Position numbers and translations under genes: made by a program
Notes under the pieces: generated by a model
The model's input: only the letters and a program-made list of their open reading frames with translations
What the model was told of the DNA's origin: nothing
The model's database searches: none
Shown here: positions 54,339 through 64,000 of the stretch, piece after piece
Layout of the letters: each line of letters opens with the position of its first letter
Position numbering within the stretch: the first letter of the stretch is position 1
DNA from: Fimbriimonadales bacterium
GTDB taxonomy: Bacteria > Armatimonadota > Fimbriimonadia > Fimbriimonadales > ATM1
NCBI GenBank assembly: GCA_051003155.1
Contig: JBPCLO010000051.1
Location: forward strand, 96,001-160,000
Reading direction: 5' to 3'
DNA: 64,000 nt

Positions 54339-57300
54339 ATTTCTTTCCGCTGCCGCACGGGCACAAATCGTTTCGCTTTACCTTCGACCAATCGATTTGG
54401 CCGTTGGTACTCGCCGGCCCCTTCGTCGACGGAGGCGGGTCGTCGTCGACGCGCTCCATTCGCGGCTCCGTGGGCGTCGGCGGCTGCTGAAACTGCATCT
54501 TATAAATGTATTGCGCCACCTGGTCGCGAATCCCGCGCAGCGTGTCTTCGAAAATCGTATGCGACTCCTTTCGGAAGGCGATGAGCGGATCGATTTGGCC
54601 GTATCCCCGCAAACCGATGCCTTCTCGAAGCCGTTCGACGCTCTGCAGATGCTCGGTCCAAAGTTGGGTAATCGCCCGCAACAGCACGATCTTCTCGATC
54701 TGGCGGTAATCCTCTCCGAATTCGGCAATCCGCGCTTCGTATGCTTCGTTAGCCCAACCCTTGACGATCCGGAGGATCTCTTCTTCGTTCTTGAAGCCTG
54801 CGAGGTCCTGGGCGCTCCCGTAATCCATCGCCGGGAAAATCTGCAGCAATTCCCGGAATATCGCTTGATAATCCCACTCGTTATTCTCGAAGCCGTCGGG
54901 CGCATTTCGGTCGACGATCTCTTCGATGGCCCCATCGACATGCTCGCGCACGGTCGGCCTCGGATCTTTTCCGAGCAAATACTCACGGCGCGTTTCGTAA
55001 ATGTGCTCACGCTGAGCATTTAGAACGTCGTCGTATTCAAGGACATGCTTTCTGTATTCGAAAAAGTGGAGCTCGATTCGCTTCTGGGTCTTTTCGATCA
55101 TCGGGCTGAGGAATCTCGCATTAACCTCTTCCAAATCGGGCCACATTTTCAGCAACGGATTTTCCATCATTTTCGCATTGAAGATTTTCCAGAGATTGTC
55201 TTCGAGCGAAACGAAGTATCGGCTCTCGCCAGGGTCGCCTTGACGGCCTGAGCGTCCACGCAGCTGGTTGTCGATTCTGCGGCTCTCATGCCTTTCCGTA
55301 CCCAAAATGTATAGGCCACCAAGCTGCGTCACTTCGGTCGCAAGCGCTGCCCGCTCTTGGTCGTCGAGAGGCAGTGGCGGCGCTGCGCGCTCTTTGCCAC
55401 CGCGCCTAAACGCCACAAACGTGTCCGACGCAAAGTCCTGGTCCTCCTCGACCTCCTGGGCTCCGGCCTGCTCGATCTCAGCGCTCTGTACGCGACCGCC
55501 AAGCAGAATGTCGACGCCCCGCCCAGCCATGTTCGTCGCGATCGTGATCGAGCCCTTTCGCCCGGCTTCGGCGACGATGAGCGCCTCGCGCTCGTGATAC
55601 TTCGCGTTCAAAACCTTGTGCGGAATTCCGTGGCGCAAACCCTCGTCGAGGTAAACCTTATTCTCCGCAGCCAATCCAAACTGCTCTAAGAACCAAGACT
55701 GCATTTCGTCGCTGAGCGGATCGACGGGCAAGTTCAGCGACCTCGCAGCATCCGCTAGCGATTTCAATTTTACTTCGGTAAGCGGCGTCAAGATATTCGA
55801 GTAGGCTTTGTTTTTGCTCTTCTTGTCGAGTCCCTTCTGGTTTTCGATTTCAAATTTTATTCTTTCCGCAACTACCAAATTCTGCAATTTGTCGGCGGTG
55901 AGCCTCGCGGAGACGCGCTCCGACATTTCTATCGAACGCGTGCCCACTAAAACCGGCTGTTGTTTGGAATAGAGCCGCAATAATTCGCGAGCAATCCCGC
56001 GGAACTTCGCCTCTTCGGTCTTGAAAATCGTGTCCGAATGGTCGGTCCGAATCATGTCGCGGTGGGTGGGAATCGTCGCCACTTCGAGGCCGTAAATCTT
56101 GCGGAACTCGTCCTCTTCCGTCTTCGCGGTGCCGGTCATGCCCGCAAGCTTCTCGTATAGACGGAACAGGTTCTGAAAAGTGATAACCGCAACGGTCTGG
56201 CTCTCGCGCTGAACGGACACTGCTTCCTTCGCTTCGAGCGCCTGGTGAAGGCCTTCGCTCAGGCGTCGTCCGAACATCATGCGGCCAGTGTTCTCGTCGA
56301 CGAGAATGACCTGGCCGTCTTTCACCACGTACTCGTGGTCCTTGTCGAAGAGGCCGTGAGCCTTTACGGACGCATTTATGTAGTGCATCCAGTCCGGCTC
56401 GTTCGCCAAATTCGGAATGCCCAAAAGCTCTTCAACCTTGTCGTAGCCTTCTTCGGTCAGCGACGCTGCGTGGTCCTTTTTGTTGACGACGTAGTGAACG
56501 CCCGGGCCATCTTCAGTGGCCCCGGTGAGCCTCTTCACCGCTTCGTTCGCGCGGTGATACTTCTCGATCGGCTCGGTCGACGCGCCGCTGATGATGTGCG
56601 GCGTTCGGGCTTCGTCCACGAGGATGCTGTCGACCTCATCGACGATCGCGTAGTTCAGCTCGCGCATCACAAGCTCTGACTGGTCGAACACCATGTTGTC
56701 GCGCATATAGTCGAAGCCGAACTCATGGTTGGTACCGTAGACGATGTCGCACATGTAGGCGTCGCGGCGTGAGCACGGCGTGAGGTTGGTATAGCGCGGG
56801 TCGTCGTGGTGAGTGCCGGGCGTGTAAAGGTAACTGCCGCCGAGTTCGTCCGACTCCTGCGACTGGCCCTGGATGATGCCCACGCTCAAGCCGAGCGTGT
56901 GGAAGATCGGGCCCATCCAAACGGCGTCCCTTCGTGCCAAGTAGTCGTTGACCGTGACCAGGTGAGCGCCGGTGCCCGAAAGCGCGTTTAAGTAGAGTGG
57001 CAGAGTCGCGACGAGCGTTTTGCCTTCACCCGTCTTCATCTCGGCGATCTTGCCCCTATGCAGTGCCACGCCGCCAAGAATCTGCACGTCGAAGTGGCGC
57101 ATGTGCAGCGTCCTGCGGCTGACTTCGCGCACGGCGGCGAAGGCTTCGGGCAAAATGTCTTCGATTGTCTCGCCGTTAGCCAAACGGCCCTTGAATTCGT
57201 CGGTCTTGGCTGCTAGCTGGTCGTGCGAAAGCGCCTCGAACTGCGGTTCGTAAGAGTTCGTTTTTTCGACGAGCGGTTTGTAGCTTTTGACTTCATCTTC

Positions 57301-57342
57301 GCTCTTGTCAAACCATTTTCTAAATAAAGTATCGATACCCAT
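54301..57342 (-). CDS. secA: Preprotein translocase ATPase SecA
   Basis: [38 protein letters not shown]-terminal [13 protein letters not shown]. Confidence 0.98.
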   Translation of the reverse strand: MGIDTLFRKWFDKSEDEVKSYKPLVEKTNSYEPQFEALSHDQLAAKTDEFKGRLANGETIEDILPEAFAAVREVSRRTLHMRHFDVQILGGVALHRGKIAEMKTGEGKTLVATLPLYLNALSGTGAHLVTVNDYLARRDAVWMGPIFHTLGLSVGIIQGQSQESDELGGSYLYTPGTHHDDPRYTNLTPCSRRDAYMCDIVYGTNHEFGFDYMRDNMVFDQSELVMRELNYAIVDEVDSILVDEARTPHIISGASTEPIEKYHRANEAVKRLTGATEDGPGVHYVVNKKDHAASLTEEGYDKVEELLGIPNLANEPDWMHYINASVKAHGLFDKDHEYVVKDGQVILVDENTGRMMFGRRLSEGLHQALEAKEAVSVQRESQTVAVITFQNLFRLYEKLAGMTGTAKTEEDEFRKIYGLEVATIPTHRDMIRTDHSDTIFKTEEAKFRGIARELLRLYSKQQPVLVGTRSIEMSERVSARLTADKLQNLVVAERIKFEIENQKGLDKKSKNKAYSNILTPLTEVKLKSLADAARSLNLPVDPLSDEMQSWFLEQFGLAAENKVYLDEGLRHGIPHKVLNAKYHEREALIVAEAGRKGSITIATNMAGRGVDILLGGRVQSAEIEQAGAQEVEEDQDFASDTFVAFRRGGKERAAPPLPLDDQERAALATEVTQLGGLYILGTERHESRRIDNQLRGRSGRQGDPGESRYFVSLEDNLWKIFNAKMMENPLLKMWPDLEEVNARFLSPMIEKTQKRIELHFFEYRKHVLEYDDVLNAQREHIYETRREYLLGKDPRPTVREHVDGAIEEIVDRNAPDGFENNEWDYQAIFRELLQIFPAMDYGSAQDLAGFKNEEEILRIVKGWANEAYEARIAEFGEDYRQIEKIVLLRAITQLWTEHLQSVERLREGIGLRGYGQIDPLIAFRKESHTIFEDTLRGIRDQVAQYIYKMQFQQPPTPTEPRMERVDDDPPPSTKGPASTNGQIDWSKVKRNDLCPCGSGKKFKHCHYGKAEAL

Positions 57343-57430
57343 GATTCGGAGTACGGGGACAAAGAGGACGACCCAACAGAGTCCGACGCGATCTCAAAGT
57401 ATACCTTTTGGGCCCGCCTCCGGCCCCTGG

Positions 57431-58084
57431 TTGCAGGCTCAGAACGAGCGGGTTCTCGCGTGCGGCGCCTGCCCCCGGCTTCGTGCCCATTGTGAGAACG
57501 TCGCGATAGTAAAGCGGGCAGCATATATTAACGACAATTACGTGGCCAAGCCCGTTCCCAATTTTGGCGATCCGAACGCGGGCATGCTGATCGTGGGACT
57601 CGCGCCGGCCGCGCACGGGTCGAACCGTACCGGCCGAATGTTCACGGGAGACCGAAGCGGCGCCTCGCTTTACGCTGCATTGCACGCAACGGGGTTCGCC
57701 AACCAGCCGGACGGCCTGTCGGCGGACGACGGGCTTGAGCTAGGCAACGCTCTCATCACGGCAATCTGCCGATGCGCCCCTCCAGCCAACAAGCCGATGC
57801 CCCATGAGATCGCCAACTGCTCCCCGTTCCTACAAGAAACGATCGAGCATGCCCCGTGGCGCGTGCTCGTCTGCCTAGGCGGCATCGCCTGGGGTCAAAT
57901 AAGGAGGCACTTGCAGCGACCCGTGGCAAAGTTCGGCCACGGAGTCGAGAGCGAATTGGCGGATGGCCGCATTGCAATCGCGTGCTACCATCCCAGCCAG
58001 CAAAACACGTTCACCGGCCGTTTGACCCAGGAGATGCTTGACAGCGTGTTCGCCAGGGCACGGCAACTCCTCACAAGCGAATAA
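57431..58084 (+). CDS. Uracil-DNA glycosylase family 5 (UdgB-like, Fe-S)
   Basis: [40 protein letters not shown]; start uncertain. Confidence 0.9.
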   Translation: MQAQNERVLACGACPRLRAHCENVAIVKRAAYINDNYVAKPVPNFGDPNAGMLIVGLAPAAHGSNRTGRMFTGDRSGASLYAALHATGFANQPDGLSADDGLELGNALITAICRCAPPANKPMPHEIANCSPFLQETIEHAPWRVLVCLGGIAWGQIRRHLQRPVAKFGHGVESELADGRIAIACYHPSQQNTFTGRLTQEMLDSVFARARQLLTSE

Positions 58085-58898
58085 CGGCTCGCCCAAACTC
58101 CTCGGCTCGCATCGACAATTTGACTACGTTGCCACCCTTGGATACGTGCGCGACGCGAACTTCGTCGGAAAGGGCCACCACCAGTTCGTCCCGAATTTTG
58201 TTGTTCACCCCGATGAAGTTGTCGTCCGGCCGGAATGGACTTAGGACGAGGTCGGTTTCCGCGTCGAATCGATACCGCCACAGTCTTGCTGCTGAGAACG
58301 GCTCCTGGTCCAAATCGTCGCCGAGAGCCTTGAAGAGACCGCGGTCCAAAACCAGCACGCGCGGCGCCCCCCATCGCAATGGAACGACCGCAGCCCGTTG
58401 ATAAGCGGGTGTGTTCGAGCCCGTCACGAGCACCATCGAATCCAGGACGCCCTCTTCGACAGACTTCTCGATTGTGGCCAGCGAGTCCGGCCCCGCGTCC
58501 CGGCTCGCCAACACCGTGAAGGTCTTGGAATGAAGGACCTGCATGTTTCCATAGGCCACTAGAAAAGCTGGCGGGTTCTCGCAAAACCCCTCGATCCGGC
58601 CGGGATATCGCGGGTCCTGGAAAGTGATCACCCGCACGTTTTTGCCCAAGGCACGTCCCTTGAACTTCAGAATGTCTTGCTCGATGCCTTTCGCGCCACG
58701 AGCAAGCGCCCGTGCGGACCGTTCGGTTAGCCGATACTCCTCGACAAGGGCGTCAGGGCTGAGCGAAAGGAACTGCCGTTTGGAGACATTCGAAATCGCG
58801 TTCCTCGCGAGGATCCGGCTGATCGTCCCGCTGCCGATGCCCGGCGTTAGGCATAATGCCAGTTCGAAATCGGTTTCCGGATCAAACGCGAGTCCCAC
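58071..58898 (-). CDS. DprA/Smf-like DNA-processing protein, divergent
   Basis: TPGIG N-terminal domain, DPRYPGR...[24 protein letters not shown]. Confidence 0.7.
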   Translation of the reverse strand: MGLAFDPETDFELALCLTPGIGSGTISRILARNAISNVSKRQFLSLSPDALVEEYRLTERSARALARGAKGIEQDILKFKGRALGKNVRVITFQDPRYPGRIEGFCENPPAFLVAYGNMQVLHSKTFTVLASRDAGPDSLATIEKSVEEGVLDSMVLVTGSNTPAYQRAAVVPLRWGAPRVLVLDRGLFKALGDDLDQEPFSAARLWRYRFDAETDLVLSPFRPDDNFIGVNNKIRDELVVALSDEVRVAHVSKGGNVVKLSMRAEEFGRAVIRL

Positions 58899-59598
58899 CC
58901 AATGCCTCCGCAGCTGTTATCAGTGTGGCAGCGGCCCTCTCACCGCTGCCACGCACCGATTCTTCCACTTCGGCATGGCTTAGCGCTTTTCCTGCAAGCC
59001 CTGTGGCAAAATTCGAAACAATTGCAAGAACGGCGTACTTGATCCCGGCTTCGCGCATCGCTACGGCCTCGGTTCCTGCTGTCATTCCCACCACATCTCC
59101 GCCGACACGTCGGTAAAACTCGATCTCTGCGGGCGTCTCATACCGCGGCCCAGGGGCACAGACGTAAACCCCGCCAACGATCACGCCCTCTTGTACCAAC
59201 AACCTGCGCGCATCGGGATCGATAGGATCGGTGAAGTCCGTGTGGCGAATATCCGGTTCGAACATTGTAATCGACCTACCGGATAGCTCCAAGAAGTCTG
59301 AGCAGGCGATCATCGTTCCGATGCCCCAATCTTCTCGCAAGCTGCCGACAGCGGCGCTGGCCAGGCAATAGTCGACTCCCAGGCGCTTCAGTCCGCCTGC
59401 CATCCTTCGATAGTCGATCCGATGCGGAGGCAGCTTATGGCCCGGTCCATGGCGGGCAACCACCAAGAAGCCGCTCTCAGAAATGCGCCCTCGCAGCAAC
59501 CCGAACGGCGTGGGAACATGGACCGCGCGCCCGTCACCTTTCAGCAGCAAGTCACCGATTCCGGTGCCACCAACGAGCGCGACCTTCGGCATCTCCAT
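58882..59598 (-). CDS. MTAP-family purine nucleoside phosphorylase
   Basis: VGGTG, TPFG, RHG..H, AVGSL, GPRYETPAE, VVGMT. Confidence 0.92.
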   Translation of the reverse strand: MEMPKVALVGGTGIGDLLLKGDGRAVHVPTPFGLLRGRISESGFLVVARHGPGHKLPPHRIDYRRMAGGLKRLGVDYCLASAAVGSLREDWGIGTMIACSDFLELSGRSITMFEPDIRHTDFTDPIDPDARRLLVQEGVIVGGVYVCAPGPRYETPAEIEFYRRVGGDVVGMTAGTEAVAMREAGIKYAVLAIVSNFATGLAGKALSHAEVEESVRGSGERAAATLITAAEALGGTRV

Positions 59599-59661
59599 GT
59601 CTCGTAAGCATGGCAGAGTCCGGCGCTTGGAACCTGACCGGGTATCCTTGATAAGCTTAGA

Positions 59662-60960
59662 ATGACAACCACCACCCAGATGCAAATCCAGTCCCGGGAG
59701 CTGAACCCATGCACGGTGGAGCTTACGGTTACGTGTGCTCCCGAGCAAGTTAGAACCGGCTACGACAAAGCCTATCGCAGAGCCTCCAAACGGGTCAAGG
59801 TCCCCGGCTTCCGCCCGGGGACGGCTCCGAAAGGTGTCGCTCGCAAATACTTGAACTTAGGAGAGGTCAACCGGCTCGCAGCCGAGAACATCGTCCGCGA
59901 CGCATACGAGTCGGCTGTCAAAGAGCGCGATCTCACCGTACACGGCAGGCCCGCTATCGAAATCACCAAGCTCGACGAGGAGGCCGAAGCCTGCGAGTTT
60001 AAGGCGAAGGTTCCGCTCGAGCCCAAGGTCGAACTCGGCGCGTACGAGGGCCTCGAAGCGATCCAGCCCGATCCAGCGGTTACCGACGGGGAACTCGATC
60101 AGCAAATCCAATCGCTCCGCGAGCGCAAAGCCACCCGCAAAAGCATCGAGCACCGGGGAGCGGAAATAGGCGACTTCGCCGTCGTCGGCATTCAACCGGA
60201 CGGCGAAGAAAAGGGCCGCAATTTCATGACCGTCGTCGGGCAGACGTTCTCCCAGCTCGACCAGCTACTCACGGGGATGAAAGCCGAGGACGCGAAAGTC
60301 GCCGAGATCACTTTCCCCGAAGAATTTCAGGAAAAGGACTGGGCCGGCAAGCCGATGAAGGTCCAAGTCACACTCAGATCGCTCTCGGCGCCCGAACTTC
60401 CCGAACTCACCGAAGAGTTTGCTAAGGAGTTCAACACCGAGTCGGTCGACGAACTGAGGTCGCGGATCCGAGACGAGATGGGCCGCGCTAAAGCCAACTG
60501 GGTGCAGGACTACGTCAACGAACAAATCCTGGACGAACTGCTTAAGAACTCGACCATTTACGTCCCCGACACCATGTGGGAAGACATCGCGACGCGCCGC
60601 GTTCAGGAGATCGCCGACGAAGCTGAGAAAGGCGGCAAGACTATGGAAGACGTGGCAGTTGAAGCCAACATGACGCCCGAGCAAATCCTGGAACGGTACC
60701 GGAGCGAAGCCCAAGTTCAAGTAAAGCGGGCGGTGGCGATCAAGGAAATTTTCACGAAGGAAGGGCTCCAGCTTTCGAAGGAAGAGGTCGCCGAACAGGT
60801 CGCGCAAATTGCACGCGAAAACAACGTTTCCCCCCAGGTCGCTCTCCAGGCGCTCAGGCGGTCGGGTAACTTGGGCGAAGTGGAATTTCGAGCGATGTTT
60901 CAGAAGGTGATGCAGCTTCTCACCGACAAGGCCAACCTAACGCCGGCGGAGGGCCAGTAG
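59662..60960 (+). CDS. tig: Trigger factor
   Basis: VPGFRPG ribosome-binding motif, FKBP-like domain, tig-clpP-clpX synteny. Confidence 0.95.
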   Translation: MTTTTQMQIQSRELNPCTVELTVTCAPEQVRTGYDKAYRRASKRVKVPGFRPGTAPKGVARKYLNLGEVNRLAAENIVRDAYESAVKERDLTVHGRPAIEITKLDEEAEACEFKAKVPLEPKVELGAYEGLEAIQPDPAVTDGELDQQIQSLRERKATRKSIEHRGAEIGDFAVVGIQPDGEEKGRNFMTVVGQTFSQLDQLLTGMKAEDAKVAEITFPEEFQEKDWAGKPMKVQVTLRSLSAPELPELTEEFAKEFNTESVDELRSRIRDEMGRAKANWVQDYVNEQILDELLKNSTIYVPDTMWEDIATRRVQEIADEAEKGGKTMEDVAVEANMTPEQILERYRSEAQVQVKRAVAIKEIFTKEGLQLSKEEVAEQVAQIARENNVSPQVALQALRRSGNLGEVEFRAMFQKVMQLLTDKANLTPAEGQ

Positions 60961-60965
60961 CCAGA

Positions 60966-61565
60966 ATGGGCGTACCCTGGGTGATCGAGCAAACCGCGAG
61001 AGGCGAAAGGTCCTATGATCTCTACTCGCGCCTTCTAAAGGACCGGATCATCTTCCTCGGCACGCCTGTCGACGACTACTTTGCGAATCTCATCGTGGCC
61101 CAGCTCCTGTATTTGGAGAAGGAAGACCCCGACAAGGACATCGAGCTCTATGTCAACTCGCCCGGCGGCTCCGTAAGCGCGGGTCTCGCGATTTACGACG
61201 CAATGCAGCACGTCCGATGCGACGTTGCCACGACCTGCGTCGGCCAGGCGGCCAGCATGGGGGCGGTACTCCTAGCGGGTGGCGCGAAAGGCAAGAGGTT
61301 TTGCCTCGAACATGCGCGCGTCATGCTCCACCAAGTGAGCGCCGGCTTCCAAGGAACCGCCGCCGACATCTACGTTCAAGCAGAGGAGATATTCCGGATC
61401 AAAAAGATTCTAAACGAAATCCTCGCTCGACACACCAAGCAGCCGATCGAGCGTTTGGAGAAGGACACCGACCGCGACTTCTGGCTCAGCGGCGAGCAGG
61501 CGAAAGAGTACGGAATTGTCGACGAAGTGCTAACAACTCAGCGCATGCCCGCAGCAAAGAAATAG
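60966..61565 (+). CDS. clpP: Clp protease proteolytic subunit
   Basis: [32 protein letters not shown]. Confidence 0.98.
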   Translation: MGVPWVIEQTARGERSYDLYSRLLKDRIIFLGTPVDDYFANLIVAQLLYLEKEDPDKDIELYVNSPGGSVSAGLAIYDAMQHVRCDVATTCVGQAASMGAVLLAGGAKGKRFCLEHARVMLHQVSAGFQGTAADIYVQAEEIFRIKKILNEILARHTKQPIERLEKDTDRDFWLSGEQAKEYGIVDEVLTTQRMPAAKK

Positions 61566-62828
61566 ATGGAAACCAGAGACAAGTGCGCCCTGTGTGGCAA
61601 GACGAAAACCCAGGTCAAAAGACTCATTGTCGGCCTGTATGGTGGCGTTTGCCAAGAGTGCGTCGAGCTCTGCGGGGACATCCTGAAATCCGGTCCGACC
61701 GACACGAACGTAACCCGCCCGCTCACTCGGCCGACCCGCGACCCGCTTCCGAAGCCGAAAGAGGTCGTCTCGTATCTGGACCAGTACGTCATAGGCCAAG
61801 ACCCGGCCAAGCGCGCCCTTAGCGTCGCCGTTTACAACCACTACAAGCGGGTCCAAACGGAGATGACCGACGACGTCGATCTGCAGAAAAGCAACATCCT
61901 GCTCATAGGACCTACCGGCTCGGGCAAGACGCTCCTTGCGCAAACCCTTGCACGAATTCTGCATGTTCCGTTCGCGATTGCAGACGCCACGAGCCTCACG
62001 GAAGCCGGCTATGTAGGCGAGGACGTCGAGAACATTCTGCTGAAGCTCTATCAAGCGGCGGACTCGGGCGAATACGGTAAAAACCCGGTGCTGGCGGCTC
62101 AGCGCGGCATCATCTATGTGGATGAAATCGACAAGATTTCGCGGAAGTCCGACAATCCGAGCATCACGCGAGACGTGAGCGGCGAAGGCGTCCAACAAGC
62201 GCTGCTCAAAATCTTGGAAGGCACGGTGGCCAACGTTCCGCCCGGGGGCGGCCGCAAGCACCCCCATCAGGAGTATCTGCAGATCGACACCAGCAACATC
62301 CTATTCATCTGCGGGGGCGCGTTTGAAGGCCTCGACGAAATCATCCTGCGCCGGCAGAAAGAGAACGTAATGGGCTTCCGCACATCGCCACGCTCCAACA
62401 AAGAACGCTCTAAAGAGGTCCTGCGCGAGGTCCTCCCCGAAGACTTGCTCAAGTACGGCCTGATCCCCGAATTCGTCGGCCGCCTTCCCGTTATTGCCAC
62501 GCTCGACGCGCTCGACGAAGAGTCGCTGATCAAGATTCTCTCCGAACCGCGCAACTCGCTGGTCAAGCAATTCAAGAAGCTGATGGATATGGACAACGTG
62601 GAGCTCGAATTCGAGCCCGGCTCCCTGCGCGAAATCGCGCGCGAAGCTTTGAAGCGCGGCACCGGCGCCCGCGCGCTCCGCGCGATTATCGAAAACCTCA
62701 TGCTCGATGTGATGTTCGAGGTCCCGAGCAACGGGAAGATCGAAAAGGTCGTCATCCCCGAGGACATCCTCTCTAACAAATCCCAGCCGATCCTCTACCC
62801 TTCCGAAAAAGAGCGGCAGGCCAGCTAG
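61566..62828 (+). CDS. clpX: Clp protease ATP-binding subunit ClpX
   Basis: N-terminal C4 zinc finger, [20 protein letters not shown]. Confidence 0.98.
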   Translation: METRDKCALCGKTKTQVKRLIVGLYGGVCQECVELCGDILKSGPTDTNVTRPLTRPTRDPLPKPKEVVSYLDQYVIGQDPAKRALSVAVYNHYKRVQTEMTDDVDLQKSNILLIGPTGSGKTLLAQTLARILHVPFAIADATSLTEAGYVGEDVENILLKLYQAADSGEYGKNPVLAAQRGIIYVDEIDKISRKSDNPSITRDVSGEGVQQALLKILEGTVANVPPGGGRKHPHQEYLQIDTSNILFICGGAFEGLDEIILRRQKENVMGFRTSPRSNKERSKEVLREVLPEDLLKYGLIPEFVGRLPVIATLDALDEESLIKILSEPRNSLVKQFKKLMDMDNVELEFEPGSLREIAREALKRGTGARALRAIIENLMLDVMFEVPSNGKIEKVVIPEDILSNKSQPILYPSEKERQAS

Positions 62829-62842
62829 GAGGCTGAATTTCA

Positions 62843-63751
62843 GTGAGTGCCTGGCCGGCGCTAGCCTACGAGGACTGGAAGGACACGTGCGAGACGCTGC
62901 ACCTTTGGACGCAGGTAGTGGGCAAGATTCGCCTCGCTCAGATGCCGTGGATCAACCACTCGTGGCACGTGACGTTCTGTGTAACGGCTCACGGCCTGAC
63001 AACGTTGCCCATGCCGAACGGGGAGCGCAGCCTCCAGATCGACTTCGATTTCATCGCCCACAAGCTTCTGATCCAAACCGACGTAGGCGCAACGAAAACA
63101 GTATGCCTTGAGCCAAAGTCGGTCTCCGATTTCTACGAAGAGGTCATGGCCCGCCTCGCCGAGGTCGGACCGCCGGTCGAAATCAACACAATGCCCTCCG
63201 AGATCGCCGACGCGATTCCTTTTGACCACGATCACGACCACGCCTCATACGATCCCGATGCCGCGAACCGCTTCTGGCATGCGCTCCTGCAATCCGATCG
63301 TGTTTTCAAGCAGTTTCGGGCGCGCTTCACCGGCAAATGCAGCCCCGTCCACTTTTTCTGGGGAGGCTTCGACCTCGCCGTCACCCGGTTCTCCGGCCGC
63401 ACCGCTCCCGAGCATCCGGGCGGTGTCCCCCACCTGCCAAACTGGATCGCCCGCGAGGCGTACTCCCACGAAGTAAGCAGCTGCGGCTTCTGGCCGGGCA
63501 ACGACATGCTCCCTTATCCCGCGTTTTACTCGTATGCCTATCCCGAGCCGGAGGGCTTCAAAGTCGCCAAAGTCGCTCCTCCGGCGGCCATCTATCACCC
63601 GGACCTTAAGGAGTTCATCTTCCCCTACGACGCCGTTCGCAGTGCGTCCTCGCCGGACGAGACGCTCCTGGATTTCCTCCAAACCACCTACGAAGCCGCC
63701 GCCGACTCGGGCAACTGGGATCGAGCGGCACTTGAAAGACGCGCCAAATAG
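62843..63751 (+). CDS. DUF5996-like conserved hypothetical protein
   Basis: LHLWTQVVGKIRL, NHSWH, SPVHFFWGGFDLAVTRFSGR, EAYSHE, AFYSYAYPEP; AGGAGG RBS. Confidence 0.8.
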   Translation: MSAWPALAYEDWKDTCETLHLWTQVVGKIRLAQMPWINHSWHVTFCVTAHGLTTLPMPNGERSLQIDFDFIAHKLLIQTDVGATKTVCLEPKSVSDFYEEVMARLAEVGPPVEINTMPSEIADAIPFDHDHDHASYDPDAANRFWHALLQSDRVFKQFRARFTGKCSPVHFFWGGFDLAVTRFSGRTAPEHPGGVPHLPNWIAREAYSHEVSSCGFWPGNDMLPYPAFYSYAYPEPEGFKVAKVAPPAAIYHPDLKEFIFPYDAVRSASSPDETLLDFLQTTYEAAADSGNWDRAALERRAK

Positions 63752-64000
63752 GTCGAATAGCGCACCGGCCGTAGGCCCCAAAAAAGGGAGGCCCAGTCCT
63801 ATTGAGATCCTGCTTAAGAGAGTGTCTTTGTGCCAAGCGCCCTCCCGGAAGCGCAACGCGTGTTTAGGGCGTTCTTTTTTCCAGTGCTGGTGGGAGGTCG
63901 AAGTGTATGCAAGTCCTCTGATGGTGGAGCGAACTGGGGAAGCACCGATAGCCGTTCGCCGCGCTTCCGCCCTCGTCACGTGCGCGCGGTTAGTTCCGTG

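Noticed and set aside
55630..55900. SecA insertion as an intein
   Set aside because: No N-terminal Cys/Ser block, no terminal His-Asn and no endonuclease motifs.
63752..64000. Possible feature in the terminal non-coding stretch
   Set aside because: No recognisable RNA motif or supported ORF; truncated by the window edge.

Overview
GC-rich bacterial chromosomal window, mostly core genes: purM, ftsH, tilS, pheA, fahA, pepC, efp-accC-nusB-folD, ppk2, nuoN, ppa, secA, tig-clpP-clpX, tRNA-His and tRNA-Met. These are interspersed with secreted or surface proteins. Gene content and promoter style suggest Armatimonadota/Fimbriimonadia, but this is an inference, not a classification. I saw no CRISPR array, rRNA, integrase or transposase. 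Most notable: (1) a tandem pair of DUF853/YjgR HerA-like ATPases, where the second copy has lost its Walker A and acquired a staphylococcal-nuclease domain, a candidate two-subunit motor-nuclease; (2) a Cys-rich, RAPP-terminated secreted leader ORF in front of a metal-type RND efflux operon; (3) an unnamed ~150-aa C-terminal domain shared by two unrelated exported proteins; (4) an accB-like gene lacking the biotin-acceptor lysine; (5) a cyclase-STAND-TPR protein followed by two small MSHH-starting paralogs; (6) tandem divergent ClpS paralogs next to an aminopeptidase; (7) two structured intergenic RNA candidates; (8) widespread leaderless promoters; (9) several indel-disrupted genes, either decay or sequencing error. 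All assignments come from motif reading by eye; no searches were run.
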